DNA of 64,000 nt, taken from contig DAOMZR010000002.1 in the NCBI GenBank assembly GCA_035400585.1, positions 15,364 through 79,363 of the forward strand. Reading direction: 5' to 3'. This document shows, piece by piece, positions 38,001 to 44,325 of this stretch. The notes beneath the pieces are model-generated. The model was not told where the DNA came from. It saw only the letters and a program-made list of their open reading frames with translations, and did not search any database. The DNA comes from a bacterium (GTDB lineage: Bacteria > Patescibacteriota > Patescibacteriia > Patescibacteriales > UBA12465). Made by a program: the position numbers and the translations under genes. Every line of letters starts with the position of its first letter. Within the stretch, counting starts at the first letter, position 1.

Positions 38001-38486
38001 TACTGGTACTTCGTTAGAAGACAAAGGTTGTCCGATAGTATAGTTGGTGAAGAAAGAATCAGCTACGTCAACTACACGTTGTGCCCAATTAGCACCGTAT
38101 AGAGCAATAGCGTCAGCTTCTGTTTGTACCCATCTTAATGAACCATTTGGTTCAACAGCGTATACTTTTGGGTCAGTTGTAATTTTTACTAATTTTGTTC
38201 CAGGACGAATAACTACGTTAGCTCCCAATGGGTAGCTAGCTAATTCATCAGCGGAAACAGTAACAACACCTGAGAAGTCACTGTACCATGATTTGTAAGT
38301 AGCTTCGTTTGGAAATACATATCTTTTGCCATCTTCACCTAGGTAATAAACAGCTGAAAGACCATCTTTTTTGATTAAGTCACCAGCTTGAGCAGCAGCA
38401 TTAACTGATGGAGCAAATGCACCAACTGTTGTTAATACTGTTGTTACCATTACTAAAGATGCAAAAATTTTGCGTAATCTTTTCAT
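35025..38486 (-). CDS. Large secreted S-layer-like surface protein
   Basis: Signal peptide MKRLRKIFASLVMVTTVLTTVGAFAPSVNA|AAQ. No cysteine in the whole translation. T/S/V/A/G/N-rich beta-type sequence with recurring Ig-like-sized segments. Three N-terminal ~55-aa repeats. Codon choice differs from neighbours (ggt/gct/act/gtt/cca rich). ATG 38486 preferred over GTG 38519. Confidence 0.75.
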   Translation of the reverse strand: MKRLRKIFASLVMVTTVLTTVGAFAPSVNAAAQAGDLIKKDGLSAVYYLGEDGKRYVFPNEATYKSWYSDFSGVVTVSADELASYPLGANVVIRPGTKLVKITTDPKVYAVEPNGSLRWVQTEADAIALYGANWAQRVVDVADSFFTNYTIGQPLSSNEVPVGSLVKKSGENSIYYYDGTNYRLIEDEVAFLANRFQNANVLTLSSFTAGGTTITGAEAAIVKTSQSGQSTGWKPGQGTGVTVALNSMTPASQSVPSTVGRIPFTKVNFTASTDGATHLESITVKRTGLTTYGTTFKVWAEKDGVTITSKRTLTSNDDAVLTFAPALTIAAGQTVTLEILAEVEGVSGNGALGIVSASAVSASGATVSGSFPVVGNLMSFTTYDVTGLKLTTPSSVSSLTLKVGDEDVELAKFNLALTGTTTRDVVFKTLTLRNNGVEDLASTVMNMHLENAGEKVSENATFNGRYATFVLKGNGMDLLRDENNYDFIVKGDIIGKDNSGNNSITLRLNKKDELYAYEKATGFGITYDYNDGVDFDTIKIESGSVDISKKSTSPAAQDVIKGAKDVVVLLANVKADEVINADSLRVNYEGDENSFQNAKVYLNNSLLGSFDLKASTTPGGQFELIDSSLTLNKGNNEVKVTVDVKTNAIIGRQFKASLNDTNLLTAGVPEYASNGLAVTDINGTASGEYVTVSGGGMTFVRNDGYTDGRKIVQGTTDVSLGKFNIKATDDAIKLTSISLGGNISTGTATTSPSHIYDMKLFIDGVQVGSTRNFTSAGATFSSLNYSIAKNAIKSIELKGSLTSEAAGVAGTEFKTKMTVNAQDSLGKTIDAKFDDTVNFAVTAGGTLTIAKGASTPYSNILIAKAGVEQEIAQFRLTAVDDSANITELKLVNVNPTATTTVVTTTDSRISHYSLYKGTTLLDTTNPILGVATFSITGNKLIVPANGSETITLKAVFNPIEVKTDTGKELALIVKNESIVAKSSNGSELAQANISGENLALSNHMVVRKTKPTFSKVNGIVGSASSAQEVARFKVAADANEDLRLTAIAFTVSNTGGAVDSYSLYEVGNPKALATATDGNFSGFELVVNKGTDKTLRVTANTILVGADKTFGLSLSNVAETNKIAWGEYFVTGYEDHNSTYVEELPLDFGSMKY

Positions 38487-38609
38487 AACGATTTTATAAG
38501 ATATATCTTTAAATTGCACATAAAGGGGTACAACATTTAAAGATAAAATTTAGATTTCTTATAAAGATTGAGAATAAATCGTTTTGTCAGCTTTCAATTA
38601 GTTTAGAAT

Positions 38610-38930
38610 AAATCAGTCAGGATCCCGCTCCCCCGCACACTTATATAAACAAGTGAAGTGTAGGGAAAAATTAATTTGCCATAAGCATGAAACAGCAGGA
38701 TAATTTTTCACAACTCCGACGCTTATTTTTATAAGCGTGCGGAGAAAAGCTTAACCGATTTATTTGTGAAAAATTTTAAGCCTTTCTAAACTTTAAATTC
38801 TTTAATCTTTAAAGAAATATTTGGTTTTTAACATCCGCACCTTCCCCCTCGGGAATCGACCTTGCTGGCCACGGCGAATCTCTAATAATAGAGATTGAAG
38901 GCAACACAAAAAAATGCATAACCTTCAATC
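38610..38930 (-). promoter_or_regulatory. GC-rich, multi-hairpin spacer: candidate long structured 5' leader of the S-layer-like gene or an unclassified small RNA
   Basis: Hairpins at 38893-38930 (9-bp stem), 38878-38895, 38714-38744 (ctccg/gcttat...ataagc/cggag) and ~38629-38665. G-rich blocks GAGGGGGAAGGTGCGG and GTGCGGGGGAGCGGG (minus-strand sense) lie in otherwise AT-rich DNA. Confidence 0.35.
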
Positions 38931-38940
38931 GCTACTATCT

Positions 38941-39792
38941 TTATTTTATCTCTTGAAGTTTTAAAACAACCTCTCCATATTTACCCTCATCAAATAAACT
39001 CTCAATTTCTTCTATTAAAACTTGTTTGTTTTTTTTAATTTCTTGGTTACTTTCTAAATCTATTTTTTCACTTAATTCTTCAATTTGATCTCCTAGATTT
39101 TCTATCTCTGGGGTAGTACTGGCAGAAGCCTCAATATCAGACTCAGATGTGGTGCTTGTAGCTTCATCTAAGTTTTCTGAAAAATTATTACCATCAATAT
39201 AAATATCAATTCCGTTTTCTTCCTTTAATTCGCTAGCACTAAAAACTAATTGATCTTCACTGTTTTCAGTTTCGCTGGTTTGTAAATCAGCCACTTTAGT
39301 TTTAACCTTGTTTATTTCATCTTTAAAGCTAGCCGACAATCTTTCTACTTCATCTTTGTTTTGTTCAGTATTAAATTCTGGATCCATTAATAAGGTGGCG
39401 ATATCACGAGCATGATTGCTAGCAAATTCTAAAGCTAATTTTTCTCTTTCATTTTGATCAAAGGTTGTATTCAATCTAGCTCTCTCACTAATTACACGAG
39501 CGATATATAAAGAATCGGTTGGTTTAGAATTTTTATAGAAATCACTTCCCAAAAACAAAGAAGTCACTACAAATAAAAAAACACCGGATAAAACCATAGC
39601 CGGCCTAGAACTCATTGATAAAATATTTCTAACATAAAATAAAAAACTATTGAAATTCTTAGTTTCTGAATTATTGGAAATAGTATTAGAAATCTGAGTC
39701 ATCAAGATAGATTTGTTTGACTCTTTGACTCCTGCTTCCATTCTGATTGATTTCAGAGAATTAAGTTGTTTTAATAATTCTTTATCAGTCAT
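38941..39792 (-). CDS. DUF5667-like single-pass membrane protein (possible anti-sigma-type partner) with acidic C-terminal tail
   Basis: Central TM PAMVLSGVFLFVVTSLFLG, then DSLYIARVISERARLNTTFDQNEREKLALEFASNHARDIATLL, which matches the DUF5667 helical pattern as I recall it. An ECF-type sigma factor lies two genes upstream. Confidence 0.6.
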   Translation of the reverse strand: MTDKELLKQLNSLKSIRMEAGVKESNKSILMTQISNTISNNSETKNFNSFLFYVRNILSMSSRPAMVLSGVFLFVVTSLFLGSDFYKNSKPTDSLYIARVISERARLNTTFDQNEREKLALEFASNHARDIATLLMDPEFNTEQNKDEVERLSASFKDEINKVKTKVADLQTSETENSEDQLVFSASELKEENGIDIYIDGNNFSENLDEATSTTSESDIEASASTTPEIENLGDQIEELSEKIDLESNQEIKKNKQVLIEEIESLFDEGKYGEVVLKLQEIK

Positions 39793-39894
39793 AAAATAAT
39801 AAGGTTTTTACCTTGCAACATAGTATACGTAATAAACTGAAAAAAGTTACAGTTAAAAATCATTTTATTATTGATAACATTGATTAATAATTAC

Positions 39895-39920
39895 TTAAGT
39901 CCACAAATTTGTGGACTTAA
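39895..39920. repeat. 26-bp perfect palindrome
   Basis: ttaagtccacaaa|tttgtggacttaa. Extends to 15-bp arms with one bulge. ~100 bp upstream of the 39792 start codon. Confidence 0.9.
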
Positions 39921-39990
39921 AGTGTTTATTTTGTTTTTTAATATTTCCAGAAAACAAAAAAGTTTATTTTTAATATCCCCTAAAAACAAA

Positions 39991-40016
39991 AAGAGAGAGG
40001 ATTAATCCTCTCTCTT
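39991..40016 (-). terminator. Terminator of the short pilin gene
   Basis: aagagagaggatt|aatcctctctctt perfect palindrome, followed on the minus strand by a T-rich run. Confidence 0.75.
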
Positions 40017-40031
40017 TCATGGAGACAAAAA

Positions 40032-40478
40032 CTAGTCAACGTGAACAATTCCGCCAGGAGTTGCTTGTTTATAACCAGCTTTTAGACCACCAGTTTGATC
40101 ACCCAAACAGAAATCAATTCTGTAAGAAGCATAACCAGCACCAGCAGTTACACCTTGTGGGATGTAAGTGTAAGTGTTAGAAGCTGAAGTACAGATACCA
40201 TCAGCTGGAGTTGGAGCAGTTGGAACGATGTTCATGTAAGTAACACCATTTGAAGCGATTGTGTCGCCAGCTGTTACTGCATCTGGATAGTATTGATTGT
40301 CATTGAAGTACAATTCCAAAGCTGTTTGCATTTGGCGTACGTCAGCAATTCTTTTAGCATCTCTAGCATTCTTTCTAGCTTGTTGTAAAGCAACAACAGC
40401 TAAAGTTGCCAAGATACCAATGATGGCAATAACCACCAACAACTCGATCAAGGTAAAACCTTTTCTCTTTGTGTTCAT
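40032..40478 (-). CDS. Type IV pilin-like protein, 148 aa (probable major pilin/pseudopilin)
   Basis: MNTKRKG|[36 protein letters not shown]. Cys pair DGICTS..IDFCLG. Ends right after the shared ..ATPGGI block. Codon usage shifted to ttg/atc/ggt/gct. Own terminator. Confidence 0.9.
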   Translation of the reverse strand: MNTKRKGFTLIELLVVIAIIGILATLAVVALQQARKNARDAKRIADVRQMQTALELYFNDNQYYPDAVTAGDTIASNGVTYMNIVPTAPTPADGICTSASNTYTYIPQGVTAGAGYASYRIDFCLGDQTGGLKAGYKQATPGGIVHVD

Positions 40479-40631
40479 AATTTTCTTAAAATTTCACTTA
40501 ATATAAATCGTTAAAATTAAACAAGTTATAATAAGTGTTTTTAAATTATTTAAATTAATAAAAGAACAATATTATTACTATAAAATGGTATCATAAATAC
40601 AAAAAATATACAAGAAAAAAATGTTAATAAA

Positions 40632-41204
40632 CTAGTCTCTTTCTCCGACTACATCCTTTAAAGCTTTAATTGCTCGATGCAATAAAACCCTAACATTCAT
40701 TTTTTTCTTTCCAGTAATTTCAGCAATCTCATCTAAACTTAATTCGTTAACATATCTCATAATAACTATTTCGCGATATTCATTTTTAATTTCCATCATT
40801 TTTTTAGACAGTATTTCATAATCAATTTGGGTAGAAATTTCTGACTCAATATCTATATTTTCATCGGCTACATCTATTTTATTTTCTTCAACATCAAGAG
40901 AGATGCTTTCTTGTCGATTGCTTCTATAGTGATCAATAATTACATTTCTGGTTATTTTATAAAGCAAAGCTCTTAAAGTTTCCCTGTTAGATAAGGTGTT
41001 TTTTTGAATATGTTCCCAAGTTTTTAAGAAGGCTAGAGAAGACAAATCGTTAGCATCTTCCTTTTTCCCTGTTTTGAAAAATATAAAACGATAAATATCA
41101 TCGGCATTTTTATCATAAAGCTCTTCAAATGCTTGTTGATCTTTATTTTTAATTCTTTCCTTTAATTTTTTGTCTTTAAAATTTTCAATTATATTTAAAC
41201 TCAT
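40632..41204 (-). CDS. RNA polymerase sigma-70 family factor, ECF-like (regions 2 and 4 only)
   Basis: Region 2 IYRFIFFKTGKKEDANDLSSLAFLKTWEH. Region 4 EYREIVIMRYVNELSLDEIAEITGKKKMNVRVLLHRAIKALK. Confidence 0.85.
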   Translation of the reverse strand: MSLNIIENFKDKKLKERIKNKDQQAFEELYDKNADDIYRFIFFKTGKKEDANDLSSLAFLKTWEHIQKNTLSNRETLRALLYKITRNVIIDHYRSNRQESISLDVEENKIDVADENIDIESEISTQIDYEILSKKMMEIKNEYREIVIMRYVNELSLDEIAEITGKKKMNVRVLLHRAIKALKDVVGERD

Positions 41205-41346
41205 TTTCTTTATTTATTACAAAAAATACAAACAATTAAACAAAAATATAGAGATTTAACCTCTTTTTTGTCTTTATAGTGTAGCATAAAGACAAAAAAA
41301 ATACAAACCATCAAAAAAGTAGTTTGTATTATAAAAAGATAAAAGT

Positions 41347-42396
41347 CTATTTTTTATAGATCACTTCGGAATCGTCAAAATAATTACGATTATTGAAATA
41401 TTCGTTGGTTTTATTAATAATTTTTGACATTATTTTGACAGCATCAATTGGAAAAGAGCCGGCAGCAGTTTCATCAGAAAGCATCAAAGCGTCAGCTCCA
41501 TCAAAAATAGCATTAGCTACATCACTTACCTCGGCCCTAGTTGGTCGATAATGATCAATCATTGAAGCTAACATTTGAGTAGCCACTATTGCCGGTTTAT
41601 TGTGCCAGTGAGAATGTCTAACTAAGTTTTTTTGTATTATTGGTAAATCTTCTAGAGGCATTTCGATGCCTAAATCACCTCGAGCAATCATAATTGCATC
41701 TGATTTTCTGATTATATTATCAATATCATCTAAAGCCACCGCTCTTTCTATTTTGGGAACTATTTTTATATTATCATTTCCTAAAATTTTCTTTAATTCA
41801 TCAATGTCTTTACTGTTTTGAACAAAAGAAACTGCTAAATAATCTGGTTTTACTTTCTTGGCAAATTCAATATCCAGCAAATCTTTGGCTGTTAAAATTG
41901 GGCGATTTAAAACAGTTTGTGGAACATTCATGCCTTTGCGCGATAACAATAAACCACCTCTTTCTACTTTGGCTAAAAATTTTCCATTGAGTAAATCTAG
42001 TTCTTTAACCCTCAATTCAATTGATCCACTATCTAAATAAATTGGATCATCAATTTTTAAATCTTGTATCAATTCAGCATCATCAATCGGCACCTCCATG
42101 TTATCGATGTTTCCTTTTTGAAACATAAAAGAATAAGTTTCACCCTCAAGCATAGAAATCTCGTGATCCAACTTGCCAACCCTTATTCTTGGTCCCTGCA
42201 AATCAAATAAAATTTTTACATCTATTCCGGTCTCTTCTTTTATTTTCTCAACCGCTCCCTGAACTCGATAATACTGATCATAACTAGCATGAGAAAAATT
42301 CAAACGAACCATATTAGCACCAGCCAAAACCATCGCTTTCAAAACATTATAGTCTTCTGATTTTGGTCCAACCGTAACAATTATTTTTGTGTCCAT
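41347..42396 (-). CDS. pyk: Pyruvate kinase, short form lacking the C-terminal regulatory domain
   Basis: TKIIVTVGPKS, MVRLNFSH, DLQGPRIRVG, IMIARGDLGIEMP, ATQMLASM. Ends at 349 aa just after the A domain. Confidence 0.9.
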   Translation of the reverse strand: MDTKIIVTVGPKSEDYNVLKAMVLAGANMVRLNFSHASYDQYYRVQGAVEKIKEETGIDVKILFDLQGPRIRVGKLDHEISMLEGETYSFMFQKGNIDNMEVPIDDAELIQDLKIDDPIYLDSGSIELRVKELDLLNGKFLAKVERGGLLLSRKGMNVPQTVLNRPILTAKDLLDIEFAKKVKPDYLAVSFVQNSKDIDELKKILGNDNIKIVPKIERAVALDDIDNIIRKSDAIMIARGDLGIEMPLEDLPIIQKNLVRHSHWHNKPAIVATQMLASMIDHYRPTRAEVSDVANAIFDGADALMLSDETAAGSFPIDAVKIMSKIINKTNEYFNNRNYFDDSEVIYKK

Positions 42397-42422
42397 ATTT
42401 TTTATTTTAAAAAATTATTATT

Positions 42423-43313
42423 TTAAATTTTCATTCCTCTTAAGGCATTAATTCTGTCTTCAACTGGTGGATGAGTCATAAAAGCCTTAGCAAAAAAACC
42501 TTTTTTCTTCTCTTTTAAAGGAGAAGAAATATACAAATGAGCCGTGGCTTTATTGACAGCTCTTAATTTATTAGGGTCTTGTGATATTTTCTCCAAAGCA
42601 CTGGCTAGGCCTTCTGGATATCTAGTTATTAAAGCTCCATCAGCATCGGCTAAAAATTCTCTTTTACGAGAAATAGCAAATTGCATTAAATAAGCAAAAA
42701 GTGGAGCTAAAATTGAAACTAAAATTGCTAGTAAAACAAAAATTAAATTAGAATTCTTGTTATCACTATCTCTATTTCTATAAAAAGCTGAGCGACTAAG
42801 CATGTCAGATAAAATTACAATTGTACCAACTAAAATTGTTGTCAGCGTCGCTAGTAAAATATCATAATTTTTTATATGAGAAAGTTCGTGAGCGATAACT
42901 CCTTCCAGCTCGCTTCTTTCTAGTTTTTCAATTAGACCAGTGGTTAGAGCAATAACAGCATTTTGAGGGTTTCTTCCGGTGGCAAAAGCATTAGGCGCTG
43001 GATCATAAATCACATATATTTTAGGAACTGGCAAGCCAACAGTAATGCATAAATTTTCAACTAAACGATATATTTCTTTATTTTCTTCAAATTTTAATTC
43101 GTGAGCATTGCTCATTGAAAGCACTATCTTATCACTAAACCAATAACTGAAAATAGCTGAAAAAAAACTAACAAAAGCAGCAATATAAAGAATTATTGGC
43201 TCTTCAAAAAAAACTGATAAAAGATAACCAATTGCTACCACAAAAACTAAAAAAGCTGACAACAAAAACCAGGTTTTTCTTTTATTGCTGTCACTGTGAT
43301 TATATAATGTCAT
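42423..43313 (-). CDS. htpX: Zinc metalloprotease HtpX (M48)
   Basis: Four TM segments, HELSHIKNYD zinc motif, EFLADADGA. Confidence 0.9.
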   Translation of the reverse strand: MTLYNHSDSNKRKTWFLLSAFLVFVVAIGYLLSVFFEEPIILYIAAFVSFFSAIFSYWFSDKIVLSMSNAHELKFEENKEIYRLVENLCITVGLPVPKIYVIYDPAPNAFATGRNPQNAVIALTTGLIEKLERSELEGVIAHELSHIKNYDILLATLTTILVGTIVILSDMLSRSAFYRNRDSDNKNSNLIFVLLAILVSILAPLFAYLMQFAISRKREFLADADGALITRYPEGLASALEKISQDPNKLRAVNKATAHLYISSPLKEKKKGFFAKAFMTHPPVEDRINALRGMKI

Positions 43314-43394
43314 AAATGTTCTTAAAAATTATTAAAGCCTTGCAAGCTAAAACCAACAAGGCATAATAGTTTTACAATGTTTCGATAAAAAATT

Positions 43395-43568
43395 TTAGTC
43401 AAAAAAAGTTTTGTAGGCAAAAAGACCAGCAATACCGGCTACAACTAAAATGCCAGCTACTATCCAAAACAAAGTCATGCTGTCACTGCCACCAGTCATA
43501 GTGGCTTGTGGAGCAAATTCAGTTCCCAAACCAGCGGCTGATACTTCTTTTATAAATAAATTAATCAT
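43395..43568 (-). CDS. Unannotated 57-aa small membrane protein (below ORF-track cutoff)
   Basis: My own translation: MINLFIKEVSAAGLGTEFAPQATMTGGSDSMTLFWIVAGILVVAGIAGLFAYKTFFD*. ATG lies 18 nt after the lemA stop. C-terminal TM helix. Confidence 0.4.
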   Translation of the reverse strand: MINLFIKEVSAAGLGTEFAPQATMTGGSDSMTLFWIVAGILVVAGIAGLFAYKTFFD

Positions 43569-43586
43569 ATTTATATATAAAATTTA

Positions 43587-44150
43587 TTAAAATTTTACTT
43601 GAACATTTTCTCTTTGACTTGCCTCCTCAACTTCAAAAAACTTTCTAGAAGAAAATCCAAGTTGTTTAGCAATTAAATTGGTTGGAAAAACTTCTAGTTT
43701 TGTGTTGAAATCACGAACGTTGCCATTATAAAATCTTCTAGAAGCCTGTATCTTGTTTTCAGTATCAGACAATTCTCTTTGTAATTCTAAAAAGTTTTGA
43801 TTAGCTTTTAAATCAGGATAGCTCTCGCTTAAAGCAAAAATTGATTTTAAGGTTGAAGATAATGTGTTTTCAGCTTTTAATTTTTCTTCAACATTTTCAC
43901 TGTTTTGCAAAGACATAGCGTTTGATCTAGCCTGAACAACTCTCTCTAAAGCTTCCTTTTCGTGACTAGCATAACCTTTAACAGTTTCGACCAAGTTAGG
44001 GATTAAATCATATCTTCTCTTAAGCTGAACATCGATATCACTCCAAGATTCATCTACTCTGTTTTTTAAACGAATCAAACCATTATACATTGCAATAATA
44101 TATAGAACCAACAAAACAATTACTCCCAAAATTATCCATAGAGCTGTCAT
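43587..44150 (-). CDS. lemA: LemA family protein
   Basis: N-terminal TM + YNGLIRLKNRVDESWSDIDVQLKRRYDLIPNLVETVKGY signature. Confidence 0.9.
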   Translation of the reverse strand: MTALWIILGVIVLLVLYIIAMYNGLIRLKNRVDESWSDIDVQLKRRYDLIPNLVETVKGYASHEKEALERVVQARSNAMSLQNSENVEEKLKAENTLSSTLKSIFALSESYPDLKANQNFLELQRELSDTENKIQASRRFYNGNVRDFNTKLEVFPTNLIAKQLGFSSRKFFEVEEASQRENVQVKF

Positions 44151-44259
44151 AAATTTGAATCGAATGGCAAATTGCTTTAAAATGCCAAAACTTATTAATT
44201 ATTAATTAATTATCAAAATCATTATAGCAAAAAATAGTGAATTTAACAAGAAGACAAAA

Positions 44260-44283
44260 AGTGGCCAATTTGAATTAGCCACT
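44260..44283 (-). terminator. Terminator downstream of ileS
   Basis: agtggc-12 nt-gccact, followed on the minus strand by ttttt. Confidence 0.5.
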
Positions 44284-44325
44284 AATTTTAACAAAAATCT
44301 ACTATATAAATGTAATTTTGCAATC

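Noticed and set aside
38600-38900. The GC-rich spacer might be tmRNA, RNase P RNA, SRP RNA or 6S RNA. Fragments such as GGTCGATTCCCGAG, GGGGGAGCGGGATCCTGAC and GAAGGTGCGG superficially recall T-loops, tmRNA 5' ends and RNase P/SRP segments.
   Set aside because: No canonical T-arm (GTTCRANYC with a 5-bp stem) is present. There is no acceptor stem pairing or tag ORF ending in ..AA. The GAGGAAAGUCC P4 element, the GGAA/AGCA helix-8 motif and complementary termini for a 6S-type closing stem are all absent. The region is kept only as an unclassified structured region.
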